Notes: generated by a model not told the origin, from the sequence alone. 32,000 nt of DNA from Ktedonobacterales bacterium (GCA_030167145.1 CP126532.1:4140001-4172000), one strand, 5' to 3'; positions 1 through 9,435 are shown, numbered from the stretch's first letter. Numbers and translations are program-made.

Positions 1-1314
<1,314 letters not shown>

Positions 1315-1333
1315 AACGAGCCGGAGACAACAA

Positions 1334-1365
1334 AACAGGACCAGCCCGCGTCGACCGGTCCTGTT
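1334..1365 (+). terminator. Hairpin downstream of lepA (possible terminator, no U-tract)
   Basis: AACAGGACC (1334-1342) pairs perfectly with GGTCCTGTT (1357-1365), 9 bp, starting 20 nt after the lepA stop. It is followed by GCGTCCC rather than a T-run. Confidence 0.4.
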
Positions 1366-1571
1366 GCGTCCCACTGAGGTGAGTGGTGAAGCGGACGTTC
1401 CATGCGATGCATGGAGGCGAGGCCGTCGCAGCGCGCCTTCCCGTCCGCCGGGTCCACGGGTTATACTGAGCGGATCTCAAATGATTAGCCACGCATCTGT
1501 AAAACAGAGTCTTCTTTGCGCGGATCGAGGTCCGGAGTCTCAGACTTCCGTCTTCCCTGTTCTGCCCGCCT

Positions 1572-1664
1572 CTACGGGCACTCTCTGTCGATCTGATATA
1601 CCATTCCCAGTATCCGGATCGGCTTTTTCAGTTGGATGAAGATTGGCTCGTTCATCAAGAACAT
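1572..1664 (-). CDS. Candidate small ORF, 30 aa (MFLMNEPIFIQLKKPIRILGMVYQIDRECP), unknown function
   Basis: ATG at 1664-1662 is preceded by AAGGAGA (1679-1673) with 8-nt spacing. Stop is TAG at 1574-1572. It is below the ORF-track size cutoff and lies downstream of a good sigma70-like promoter on the same strand. I do not recognise any homology. Confidence 0.25.
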   Translation of the reverse strand: MFLMNEPIFIQLKKPIRILGMVYQIDRECP

Positions 1665-1689
1665 AGGTTCGGTCTCCTTTCCCTAGTTC

Positions 1690-1769
1690 TCGAGGCACGT
1701 GGCTTTCGCCTTCAGGGTGTCCCCTTTCGGGAACACTCGAAGCCTAACACACAAGACCCACTATGTCAA
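1690..1769 (-). promoter_or_regulatory. Candidate promoter plus structured 5' leader for the small ORF
   Basis: Minus strand reads TTGACA (1769-1764), a 17-nt spacer, then TAGGCT (1746-1741). The leader is TCGAG-[GTGTTCCC-GAAA-GGGGACAC]-CCTGAA-[GGC-GAAA-GCC]-ACGTGC-CTCGA (1740-1690). That is two GAAA-capped hairpins closed by a 5-bp helix. Confidence 0.3.
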
Positions 1770-1891
1770 GCGTCTCTACGGCAGAGTTGGGAATCTGCGC
1801 GGAATGTGTGGCGACTGTGAGCCGGACCTGCACCCTACACAGCATGGAGTGCGGCAGGGCATGAGTTGCGGCATGGGCTGGCACGCGTTCC

Positions 1892-1921
1892 TTGACGTGG
1901 CAGCGGGCGGGGCGATACACT
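1892..1921 (+). promoter_or_regulatory. Candidate promoter for the proS T-box leader
   Basis: TTGACG (1892-1897), an 18-nt spacer, then TACACT (1916-1921). It lies about 60 nt upstream of the predicted Stem I. Confidence 0.3.
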
Positions 1922-1980
1922 GTGCGCTGAATGACGATTGCCCTGGACAAACCAACGAGCAGAGGCTGATCGGGAATAGT

Positions 1981-2288
1981 ACGCGAACGTGGACCCACAG
2001 AGCGAGCCGGAAGGGTGCAAGCCGGCGGGGTCGCGCCGCTGAACCGACCCGTGAGCCGCGACCGAATCCCGCGCGAATGGCATGTGTCGTGAGACGTGGG
2101 CAGAAGGCCGCCGGTGGTTCCCCGTTACCGTGGAACACCGCACCGCCATGCGAACATGTGGGGCCGTGTGGGCAGAGTGGGGCGCGCCGCGCGTGAACGC
2201 AAAGCAGCGTAGCGTGCCCAAGCGAGGTGGCACCGCGGGAGTATGTACGCCCGCCCTCGGAGGAGGAAACTTCCAGGGCGGGCTTTTT
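1981..2288 (+). promoter_or_regulatory. T-box riboswitch leader (tRNA-Pro-responsive, transcription attenuation). The 5' boundary is approximate.
   Basis: The T-box core GGTGGCACCGCG is at 2226-2237. It is followed immediately by a terminator (GCCCGCCCT 2249-2257 / AGGGCGGGC 2275-2283 plus TTTTT 2284-2288). Stem I-like elements are present: AGAGCGA bulge (1999-2005), helix GCCGG/CCGGC capped by a loop containing GGGTGCAA (2013-2020), and helix GACCC/GGGTC. GAA-CCG-A at 2041-2047 fits a specifier loop with Pro codon CCG at 2044-2046. The downstream gene is proS. Confidence 0.72.
2249..2288 (+). terminator. Intrinsic terminator of the T-box leader
   Basis: A 9-bp GC-rich stem (2249-2257 / 2275-2283) is followed by TTTTT (2284-2288). 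It lies 58 nt upstream of the proS ATG. Confidence 0.75.
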
Positions 2289-2345
2289 GTTGTGTATGTG
2301 CTGGGCGCGGGCGTTACGGATCCAGCGCCGAGGGAGGGCCGCGAG

Positions 2346-3803
2346 ATGGCTGATGAGAGCAAGTTTGTCGAAGACCTGGCGGAGAAAGACGACTTTGCGC
2401 AGTGGTATCTGGATGTGGTGTATAAGGCGGGGCTGGCCGATGAGTCGCCGGTGCGCGGTTGCATGACGATCAAGCCGTATGGCTATGCCCTGTGGGAGCA
2501 TATGCAGCGGGCGATGGACGACCGGATCAAGGCGACGGGGCACGAGAATGCGTATTTCCCGCTGTTCATTCCGTCCAGCTTTCTAGCACGCGAGGCAGAG
2601 CATATCGAGGGCTTCGCGCCGGAGGTGGCGGTGGTGACGCATGCGGGCGGCGAGGAGTTGACCGAGCCGCTGATCGTGCGCCCGACCTCGGAGACGGTGA
2701 TCGGCCACATGTACGCGAAGTGGGTGCAGAGCTATCGCGACCTGCCGCTGCTGTATAACCAGTGGTGCAATGTGGTGCGCTGGGAGAAGCGAACGCGCCC
2801 GTTCCTGCGGACGACGGAGTTTCTGTGGCAAGAGGGACACACGGTTCACCGGACGGAAGACGAAGCGGAGGCAGAGACGCTGCTGATCCTGAACGATGTG
2901 TATTATGACTTTTTCGTGAAGGAACTGGCGATTCCGGGTATTCGCGGGCTGAAGAGCGAGAGCCAGAAGTTCCCTGGCGCCCTGCGGACCTATACCGTCG
3001 AGGCGATGATGGGCGATGGCAAGGCGCTGCAATCGGCAACGTCCCATAACCTGGGCCAGAACTTCGCCCGGAGCTTCGATATTCAGTTTCAGGATGCGGA
3101 TGGCCAGGTGAAGACGGCGTGGACGACCAGTTGGGGCGCGAGCACGCGCATGGTCGGCGGGCTGATTATGGTGCATGGCGATAGCGCGGGGCTGCGGATG
3201 CCACCACGAGTCGCGCCGATTCAGGCGATTGTGGTGCCGATCTGGCGCAAAGAGGCGGAACGCGAGGCAGTGGCGGCGCTGGTGGCTGAGGTGGAGGCGG
3301 CGCTGAAGGCCGTGGGAGTGCGGGTGAAGGCGGATTGGCGCGAAGAGCGGCCCGGCTTCAAGTATAACGACTGGGAACTGCGTGGCGTGCCGATTCGTAT
3401 AGAGATTGGGCCGCGCGATGCGCAGAACGGGCAGGTAGTGCTGGTGCCGCGCACCAGTCGCACCGCGAAGGAGACGGTGAGCAAAGATGGCGTGGCCCGC
3501 CGTGTGCCAGAGATGCTGCAAGAGGTTCACCAGGCGCTATACGACCAGGCGCTGGCTTTCCGGCAGAGCCGCACCTATCAGGTACAGAGCTACGAGGAAT
3601 TTCAGGAGATTCTCGCCGATAAGGCGCGACTGGGATTCATCGAGGGCTGGTGGTGCGGCGACGCGCAGTGCGAAGCGGAAGTGAAGGCGGAGACCCAGGC
3701 GACGATTCGTTGCCTGCCGCTGGAGCGCCCAGATGGGTCGGGGCCGTGCATCCACTGCGGGAAGACGGGCAGCGCATGGGCGGTATTCGCCAAGGCCTAT
3801 TAG
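2346..3803 (+). CDS. proS: Prolyl-tRNA synthetase, archaeal/eukaryote-like type (no INS editing domain, C-terminal zinc-binding extension)
   Basis: This is track ORF 2082..3803 trimmed to ATG 2346 (MADESKFVEDLAEKDDFAQWYLDVVYKAGLAD...). The upstream 88 codons overlap the T-box leader and terminator. Class II motifs are present (RPTSETVIGHMY, FLRTTEFLWQEGHT, GDGKALQSATSHNLG). The C-terminal tail carries cysteines (WWCGDAQCEAEV...CIHCGK) and ends in Y, typical of this ProRS type. Confidence 0.95.
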   Translation: MADESKFVEDLAEKDDFAQWYLDVVYKAGLADESPVRGCMTIKPYGYALWEHMQRAMDDRIKATGHENAYFPLFIPSSFLAREAEHIEGFAPEVAVVTHAGGEELTEPLIVRPTSETVIGHMYAKWVQSYRDLPLLYNQWCNVVRWEKRTRPFLRTTEFLWQEGHTVHRTEDEAEAETLLILNDVYYDFFVKELAIPGIRGLKSESQKFPGALRTYTVEAMMGDGKALQSATSHNLGQNFARSFDIQFQDADGQVKTAWTTSWGASTRMVGGLIMVHGDSAGLRMPPRVAPIQAIVVPIWRKEAEREAVAALVAEVEAALKAVGVRVKADWREERPGFKYNDWELRGVPIRIEIGPRDAQNGQVVLVPRTSRTAKETVSKDGVARRVPEMLQEVHQALYDQALAFRQSRTYQVQSYEEFQEILADKARLGFIEGWWCGDAQCEAEVKAETQATIRCLPLERPDGSGPCIHCGKTGSAWAVFAKAY

Positions 3804-3829
3804 CCGTTTAGACGCATATGAACATGCCG

Positions 3830-3859
3830 CTGGCAGAACCCGGCGACACACTGTATAAT
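3830..3859 (+). promoter_or_regulatory. Candidate promoter for the trkA-like operon
   Basis: A perfect -10 TATAAT (3854-3859) is preceded directly by TG. CTGGCA (3830-3835) lies 18 nt upstream. The element is 75 nt upstream of ATG 3935. Confidence 0.35.
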
Positions 3860-3934
3860 CCGGCACGCGCCGCCTTTCACGCTTGATTCGAGAACACATA
3901 GCGCGCACGAGGCGGCGCACCAAGGAGCCATGTA

Positions 3935-4429
3935 ATGAAAGTCGTGATATTGGGATGCGGGCGCGTGGGCGCGCGACTGGCGCGGCTGTTGCTGAACGCG
4001 GATCACGAAGTGACGATGATTGACCAGAATGGCGAATCGTTCCGCCGCTTGGGAAGCGACTTCCCACGCGAGGCCACAGTGCTGGGCGATGGCACGGATG
4101 AGGATGTGCTGAAGCGGGCGGGAATCGAAGAGGCGGATGTGTTTGTGGCTGTGACAAACGGCGACAACCGGAATATCCTCGCGGCGCAGGTGGCACAGCA
4201 TTTGTTTCAAGTGCCACGGGTGATGTGCCGGATCTACGATCCCATCCGGCAAGAGACGTATAACACGATGGGATTGGAGAGCATCTGCCCGACGATTGTG
4301 GGAGCGAAGCTCTTTCATGATGCGTTGCTGAATCCGGTCACGCGCAGTAGTTCAGTGATGCATTCGCTGGCGCAGGGGCGCAGTGTGCCGATGACCCCGA
4401 TGGATCACACGGCCAGCCGCCAGCCATAA
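3935..4429 (+). CDS. TrkA-N (NAD-binding RCK N-terminal) domain protein
   Basis: N-terminal Rossmann fold MKVVILGCGRVGARLARLLLNADHEVTMIDQN. SD AAGGAG lies 7-12 nt upstream. There is no TrkA-C domain, and the C-terminal ~40 aa are unconserved-looking. Confidence 0.8.
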   Translation: MKVVILGCGRVGARLARLLLNADHEVTMIDQNGESFRRLGSDFPREATVLGDGTDEDVLKRAGIEEADVFVAVTNGDNRNILAAQVAQHLFQVPRVMCRIYDPIRQETYNTMGLESICPTIVGAKLFHDALLNPVTRSSSVMHSLAQGRSVPMTPMDHTASRQP

Positions 4430-4454
4430 GCAGGTACACGATAAGAGGACAGGC

Positions 4455-5120
4455 ATGTATATTGTCATCGGTGGGGGCGGCCAGGTGGGCTATTACCTCG
4501 CCAAGGGACTGCTCGAACAGGGCCATGAAGTGTTGCTGCTGGAGAAGGACAGCCGCCGGGTGCGGCAGCTCAGCGAAGAGCTGGGCGCGGCGGTGACGCA
4601 GGGTGACGCCTGCGAGGCGCGCACGCTCGAAGACGTGGGGACGGAACGGGCGGGGCTGGTGATCGCCGTGACGGGCGAAGATGAAGATAATCTGGTGATC
4701 TGCCAGCTTGCGAAGGCGCGCTTCAAGGTGCGGCGGACGGTGGCGCGCGTCAACAATCCGCGCAACGATGAACTGTTCAAGCGGCTCGGTATTGACGTGA
4801 CGGTTAGCCCAACGCGGACCATCTTGCATATGATCGAGGCGGAGATTCCGCATCATACGCTGGTGCCGCTGATGACGCTGACCCAGGCGGGGCTGCGGTT
4901 GGTGGAGGTGACGGTGCCCGATGACTCGCCTGCGGCGCAGAAGACGCTGAAGGAACTGAATCTACCAATTTCGGTGAATCTGGCGCTGGTGGTGCGCGGG
5001 ACCGAGAATATCACGCCGTCGGGTGATACGCTGATCTTGCCGGAGGACCGGATCTTCGCGCTGGTGACGGTGGATGGCGAGGCGGCGCTGCGCCAGACAT
5101 TGCTGCCGGAGATGGTGTAG
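4455..5120 (+). CDS. TrkA/KtrA-type potassium uptake regulatory protein (TrkA-N plus TrkA-C)
   Basis: MYIVIGGGGQVGYYLAKGLLEQGHEVLLLEKD Rossmann motif. The C-terminal RCK_C-like half reads RLVEVTVPDDSPAAQKTLKELNLP...ILPEDRIFALV. SD AGAGGA lies upstream. Confidence 0.85.
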   Translation: MYIVIGGGGQVGYYLAKGLLEQGHEVLLLEKDSRRVRQLSEELGAAVTQGDACEARTLEDVGTERAGLVIAVTGEDEDNLVICQLAKARFKVRRTVARVNNPRNDELFKRLGIDVTVSPTRTILHMIEAEIPHHTLVPLMTLTQAGLRLVEVTVPDDSPAAQKTLKELNLPISVNLALVVRGTENITPSGDTLILPEDRIFALVTVDGEAALRQTLLPEMV

Positions 5121-5126
5121 GAGAAC

Positions 5127-5159
5127 GGTGGACGCCGTAAGGGGTTAGCAGCGTCCACC
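5127..5159. terminator. Bidirectional hairpin between convergent genes
   Basis: GGTGGACGC (5127-5135) pairs with GCGTCCACC (5151-5159), a 9-bp perfect stem. It lies between the stop at 5120 (+) and the stop at 5187 (-). Confidence 0.5.
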
Positions 5160-5186
5160 GCAGTGTGGCCTGATGGCTACGATAGC

Positions 5187-5924
5187 CTACGGCTGTGGAG
5201 TAGGCGGCTGGCTGGTGGTGGAAGGCTGGGCGGATGGTGGTGTAGCAGCGGTATCGGTCGCCGGTGTGGAAGTGGCGTCGGCTTTTGGCGCAGTGGTAGC
5301 ATCGGTAGCCGGTGCGGCAGGTTTGGCTGCCGTGGTATCGGCGGATGCGGTGGCTGGCTGGTCGCTGGGCGCGGTGACGCGGGCAGCCGTGACGCCTTCG
5401 TCGGTGGCGACGGCGGTATAGACGACATCATCGCCAGCTTTGAGTTGATCCGCAATGTCGTCTCTGAGCGCTTCGGTGGCGACTTTCGCGCCGTAGTCTT
5501 GTAGCTCGGTGGCCATCCGCTCGACCCACTGATGCTCGATGACGGCGATGATGGCCGAGGTGCTGGGCTGGAGTCCCTTGCCGATCTCGCGGAGCTGGTC
5601 ATCGGGGAAGCCGGCGTCGTGGAGCTTGGCGGCGAGCGCGCCGATGGCAGCGCCACCAACGGTGACCCAGCCAATGGGGCCAGCGATCAGGCCGGCGACC
5701 GCGCCGATGATGCCACCAGCGACCGCGCCCTTGCCCGCGCCCCAATCTTTGGTTTCTTTGAGACGGAGCTTGCCGTCACTATCCTTTTTGAGTATGGCGG
5801 CATCCTTGATGCCGATGAGATGCTCCCTGCCAAGCTCCTTCATTTGCTGGAGGGCATCTTCCGCGCCGTCTTCGCTATTGAAGGCGGCAACAATGACCTG
5901 AACAGGCACCTGCACGTCACTCAT
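5187..5924 (-). CDS. DUF1269-family membrane protein with a long Thr/Ala/Pro-rich C-terminal tail
   Basis: It has the DUF1269 layout. N-terminal alpha/beta region: VIVAAFNSEDGAEDALQQMKEL...IKDAAILKKDSDGKLRLKE. Gly-zipper membrane segment: GAGKGAVAGGIIGAVAGLIAGPIGWVTVGGAAIGALAAKL. Then DAGFPDDQLREIGKGLQPSTSAIIAVIE. SD GGGAGAAGAGG lies upstream. It is a paralog of 20269..20832. Confidence 0.72.
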   Translation of the reverse strand: MSDVQVPVQVIVAAFNSEDGAEDALQQMKELGREHLIGIKDAAILKKDSDGKLRLKETKDWGAGKGAVAGGIIGAVAGLIAGPIGWVTVGGAAIGALAAKLHDAGFPDDQLREIGKGLQPSTSAIIAVIEHQWVERMATELQDYGAKVATEALRDDIADQLKAGDDVVYTAVATDEGVTAARVTAPSDQPATASADTTAAKPAAPATDATTAPKADATSTPATDTAATPPSAQPSTTSQPPTPQP

Positions 5925-6047
5925 AACCTCTTCTCCCTTTCGGAAACGCGGGACTTTCGGGAGTCCGCCAGGGCGTGAGGCGTCGTTAAGTGCAGAGCCA
6001 CACGCTGAGGTGTGGCTGATTGCATGGAGTGTGCCAGGGGCATTTCA

Positions 6048-6066
6048 GGGCGCACGCCGTGCGCCC
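6048..6066 (-). terminator. Hairpin abutting the purB stop codon
   Basis: GGGCGCAC (6048-6055) pairs with GTGCGCCC (6059-6066), 8 bp with a 3-nt loop, immediately 3' of the purB stop (6067-6069). There is no clear U-tract. Confidence 0.35.
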
Positions 6067-7368
6067 CTAAAGCAGGTTGAGGCGGATGAAAGCAGTGTCT
6101 ATATGGGTGAGGTAAGCATGCGGATCGGCGATGGCGTCGAGCGCGTCGGGGGTGAGATGGGCGGTAACGTCGGGGTCAGCTTTGAGCATGGCGAGCAGCC
6201 CCGTGCCCTGGTCTTCGTTGCGCCAGACTTTTTGGGCGTTACGCTGCACGAGCTTATAGGCTTCCTGCCGATCCATGCCGGAGTCCACCAGCGCGAGGAG
6301 GATGCGCGAGGAGTAGATGAGGCCACGGGTGAGGTCGAGGTTGGCGCGCATGCGTTCGGCGTCTACTTCCAGGCCGGCCATCATGTCGTTGAAGAGCCAG
6401 AGCATGTAGTGCAGGGTGGCGGTGGCGTCGGGGAGGATCATGCGCTCGGCGGAGGAGTGGCTGATGTCGCGCTCGTGCCAGAGGGCGACGTTTTCCATTG
6501 CGGTGACGGCGTAGCCGCGCAGCACACGCGCCAGCCCGGTGACACGCTCGGCCTTCTCGGGGTTGCGCTTGTGGGGCATGGCAGATGATCCCTGCTGGTT
6601 CGCGCCAAACGGCTCGAAGGCTTCGCCCAGTTCGGTGCGCTGAAGGTGGCGCAGTTCCAGGGCCATCTTGTCGAGCGAGGCGCCGATGAGGGCCAGCGTG
6701 GTGACGTAGTGGGCATGGCGGTCGCGTTGGATGATCTGCGTGGAGACGGGCGCGGGGCGCAAGCCAAGCTGCCCGCAAACGTACTCTTCGATCTGCGGCG
6801 GGACGGTGGCATGCGTGCCAACCGCGCCAGAGATCGCGCCGACGGCGATGTCGTCTATGGCGGCGTCGAGGCGGGTGCGAGCGCGGCGCAGTTCGTCTAC
6901 CCACATGGCGAGCTTGAAGCCAAAGGTGGTAGGTTCGGCATGGATGCCGTGGGTGCGACCCACCATAAGGGTTTCGCGGTAGCGCACGGCAGCCTGAGAG
7001 ACCGTTTCGAGGAGGGTGTCGAGCGCTTCGCGCAAGAGACTGCCCGCCTGGAGAAGCTGGACGGCGAGCGCGGTATCGAGCACGTCGGAGGAGGTGAGGC
7101 CAAGATGCAGAAAGCGTCCTTCGGGGCCGAGACCTTCTTGCACGGAGCGGAGGAAGGAGATCACATCGTGGTGTATCTCGCGCTCTAGTTCGTGGGCGCG
7201 ATCAAGGTCGTAGGCGGCGGCGCGAATCTTCTCCATGTCTTCGGGCGAGATGACGCCTTCGCGCGCCCAGCCCTCGCAGACCAGAATCTCGACGCGCAGC
7301 CAGGTATCGAGCTTATTTTCATCCGACCAGATGCGGGCCATCTCAGGCCGGGTGTAGCGTTCAATCAT
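6067..7368 (-). CDS. purB: Adenylosuccinate lyase
   Basis: 433 aa starting MIERYTRPEMARIWSDENKLDTWLRVEILVCEGWA. The fumarate-lyase signature region is GSSAMPHKRNPEKAE. SD AAGGAG lies upstream. Confidence 0.95.
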   Translation of the reverse strand: MIERYTRPEMARIWSDENKLDTWLRVEILVCEGWAREGVISPEDMEKIRAAAYDLDRAHELEREIHHDVISFLRSVQEGLGPEGRFLHLGLTSSDVLDTALAVQLLQAGSLLREALDTLLETVSQAAVRYRETLMVGRTHGIHAEPTTFGFKLAMWVDELRRARTRLDAAIDDIAVGAISGAVGTHATVPPQIEEYVCGQLGLRPAPVSTQIIQRDRHAHYVTTLALIGASLDKMALELRHLQRTELGEAFEPFGANQQGSSAMPHKRNPEKAERVTGLARVLRGYAVTAMENVALWHERDISHSSAERMILPDATATLHYMLWLFNDMMAGLEVDAERMRANLDLTRGLIYSSRILLALVDSGMDRQEAYKLVQRNAQKVWRNEDQGTGLLAMLKADPDVTAHLTPDALDAIADPHAYLTHIDTAFIRLNLL

Positions 7369-7463
7369 GCGTACTCCTTGGAAACAACGCGCGCATGCGG
7401 GTTTAGACCTAACCTTGGCCCAACGGTCGTCCGCCGGACGCCCCTACGAGGAAAGAGAAGCGC

Positions 7464-7489
7464 GGACGGGCAGACAGGAGTCTCCGTCC
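7464..7489 (-). terminator. Likely intrinsic terminator of moaA
   Basis: The minus strand reads GGACGGAGAC-TCCT-GTCTGCCCGTCC (imperfect 10-12 bp stem) followed by GCGCTTCTCTTTCC. It lies about 100 nt downstream of the moaA stop. Confidence 0.5.
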
Positions 7490-7587
7490 CACCGAGCAAG
7501 CATAGGTAGGACAGACATTCTTGTCTATCAGCGGTCAGCGGCGGGCGGGCGCTGCCTGGGCGGGCCAGATGGAACGGAGACGCCACA

Positions 7588-8598
7588 CTAGCCACCAATG
7601 TAGGACATCTCCACATGCTGGGGTTTGGTATTTTTGGTCCGCAACTCTGAGTAGCGGTCCCGCCGGTTGTTCCAGACAGTGCCAAGGACTGCGGCGATCT
7701 CCTCGTCGGATTTGTCTTCGCGCAGCAGCGCGCGGAGGTCGTGGCCGTGTGAGGCGAACAGGCACGTGTAGAGCTTGCCCTCGGAGGAGAGACGAGCACG
7801 TGTGCAGGCGCCGCAGAACGGCTGCGTGACCGAAGCGATGACGCCAATCTCACCACCGCCGTCTGTGTAGCGATAGCGCCGCGCCACCTCACCTGAGTAG
7901 TTGGGATCTACCGCCTCTAGTGGCAATTCGGCGCTGATCTTCTGGATGATCTCGGCGGCGGGCACCACGTCGTCCAGTCGCCAGCCGTTGGTAGCGCCGA
8001 CATCCATGTATTCGATGAAGCGCAGAATGTGACCTTTGCCGTGGAAGTAGCGTGCCATGTCCACCAGGCAATGGTCATTCACGCCACGTTTGACGACGAC
8101 GTTGATCTTGATGGGATCGAGGCCCACCGCGCTGGCGGCTTCGATACCTTCGAGCACACGCGCAACGGGAAAGTCAACGTCATTCATCGCTTTGAAGACG
8201 GCATCGTCGAGGGAATCGAGACTGACGGTGACACGCCGCAGCCCGGCATCTTTGAGCGCGGCAGCTTTCCTGGCGAGGAGCGAGCCGTTGGTGGTGAGGG
8301 TGAGATCGTGCAGGCCATCCAACGCCGAAAGCATCGCGATGAGTTTCTCTACATCGCGCCGCACCAGCGGCTCGCCGCCAGTGATGCGCACCTTCTCGAC
8401 GCCGAGCGCGACAAATATGCGCGCCAGACGGGTGATCTCTTCAAAGGTCAGCAACATCCCCGGCGGCAGAAACTGAAAGTCGCGCCCGAATACCTCTTTG
8501 GGCATGCAGTAGACGCAACGGAAATTGCAGCGATCCGTGACCGAGATCCGCAGGTCGCGGAGCGGACGATGGAGCGTGTCAGTGATGGAAGTTGTCAT
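7588..8598 (-). CDS. moaA: GTP 3',8-cyclase (molybdenum cofactor biosynthesis protein A), radical SAM
   Basis: 336 aa. Radical SAM motif: [19 protein letters not shown]-terminal auxiliary cluster cysteines: [21 protein letters not shown]. It ends with GG, as in MoaA. Confidence 0.93.
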   Translation of the reverse strand: MTTSITDTLHRPLRDLRISVTDRCNFRCVYCMPKEVFGRDFQFLPPGMLLTFEEITRLARIFVALGVEKVRITGGEPLVRRDVEKLIAMLSALDGLHDLTLTTNGSLLARKAAALKDAGLRRVTVSLDSLDDAVFKAMNDVDFPVARVLEGIEAASAVGLDPIKINVVVKRGVNDHCLVDMARYFHGKGHILRFIEYMDVGATNGWRLDDVVPAAEIIQKISAELPLEAVDPNYSGEVARRYRYTDGGGEIGVIASVTQPFCGACTRARLSSEGKLYTCLFASHGHDLRALLREDKSDEEIAAVLGTVWNNRRDRYSELRTKNTKPQHVEMSYIGG

Positions 8599-8712
8599 AG
8601 GTGCCTACCCGCCCGCTCAGACCAGCGGTGTTATTACATGGCTTCTGTTGAGCGCTGGCCTCAAGAGAATTATGCCATCACGCGCGCCCCGTGGGCAACT
8701 TTGTGGAGCGCA

Positions 8713-9435
8713 TCACGATGTGACACCGTTGAGGGTGGAGAGCGCGATCTTTTGCTGGCCCGCCGCGTCGAAGTTGGCGGGGTCGAGCCATTGCTCGAAG
8801 GCGGTTTTGCGCGCGGGCCATTCGCTATCGAGCATGGAGAACCACGCGGTATCGCGATTGCGGCCCTTGACGATCATGTGCTGGCGGAACGTGCCCTCGT
8901 AGGTGAAGCCAAGGCGAAGCGCCGCGCGCCACGAGGGCGCGTTGAGGGCGTTGCATTTCCATTCGTAGCGGCGATAGCCGAGGTCCTCGAAGACGTGTTT
9001 GGCCATCAGATACATCGCTTCGGTAGCACCGGCTGAGCGTTGCAGGGCAGGAGTGTAGAGGATGGCGCCAACTTCGATGCAGCGTTGCGCTGGCTCGATG
9101 CGCAGGTACGAGGCATGGCCGACGGCCTGCCCGGATGCGTTGTCGAGAATGGCAAAGTAGAGCGGATCTTCGGAGACAGCGATCTTGTTGATGTAGGCGT
9201 CGAAGCTGGCGCGGTCGGTGAATGGTCCGTCGAAAATATAGAGCCACAGCCGGTCGTTCTCGGCTCCGTAGGTGGCGGCATAGAGCGCATCAGCATGGGT
9301 AGAAGGATTGATCGGCGCGAGGGTCACGTGGTGTCCGGCAAGTATGATGCGTTGGGGGCGCGGGGCTGGCGTGGGGTTGGCGACCAGCGGGCCGATTGGC
9401 AGGCCAGTGCTGGGGTCGGTATCTGGGTTAGACAT
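8713..9435 (-). CDS. GNAT family N-acetyltransferase (RimJ/RimL-like, Acetyltransf_3)
   Basis: Track ORF 8713..9579 trimmed to ATG 9435 (MSNPDTD...), which has GGGAGA upstream. GNAT core: IEVGAILYTPALQRSAGATEAMYLMAKHVFEDLGYRRYEWKCNALNAPSWRAALRLGFTYEGTFRQH. Confidence 0.8.
   Translation of the reverse strand: MSNPDTDPSTGLPIGPLVANPTPAPRPQRIILAGHHVTLAPINPSTHADALYAATYGAENDRLWLYIFDGPFTDRASFDAYINKIAVSEDPLYFAILDNASGQAVGHASYLRIEPAQRCIEVGAILYTPALQRSAGATEAMYLMAKHVFEDLGYRRYEWKCNALNAPSWRAALRLGFTYEGTFRQHMIVKGRNRDTAWFSMLDSEWPARKTAFEQWLDPANFDAAGQQKIALSTLNGVTS

Noticed and set aside
1699-2196. 165-aa plus-strand ORF in the lepA-proS gap.
   Set aside because: It starts with GTG and has no SD, and its product is Arg/Gly/Cys-rich. 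It runs straight through the predicted proS promoter and T-box Stem I, so the region is better explained as a non-coding leader.
2583-3530. Long minus-strand ORF (315 aa) antisense to proS. Similar shadow ORFs are 6010-6588(+), 8029-9036(+), 12101-13099(-), 20026-20721(-), 28135-28911(+) and 29624-30469(+).
   Set aside because: Each lies fully antisense to a gene with unmistakable conserved motifs. Each has Arg/His/Pro/Gly-heavy composition and no SD or recognisable domain. This is typical stop-codon-poor antisense reading in GC-rich DNA.
5163-5504. Gly/Trp-rich 113-aa plus-strand ORF with repetitive sequence.
   Set aside because: It is the reverse-complement shadow of the Thr/Ala/Pro-rich tail of the DUF1269 gene. 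The repetitiveness comes from that low-complexity coding region.
7369-7587. Possible ZTP/purine-type riboswitch upstream of purB (GGGACGG...CCGTCC hairpin and a CCGTTGGGCC element).
   Set aside because: The 3' element is one nucleotide short of, and differs from, the CCGCCUGGGC pseudoknot consensus. The 5' conserved GGGUCGUGACUGGCG-like core is absent. The strong hairpin followed by a T-rich run is better explained as the moaA terminator.
8599-8712. Possible Moco riboswitch upstream of moaA.
   Set aside because: The 114-nt gap is shorter than the motif, and I could not find its conserved helices or loops. Only a small TTGAG/CTCAA hairpin and a weak promoter-like CATAAT are present.
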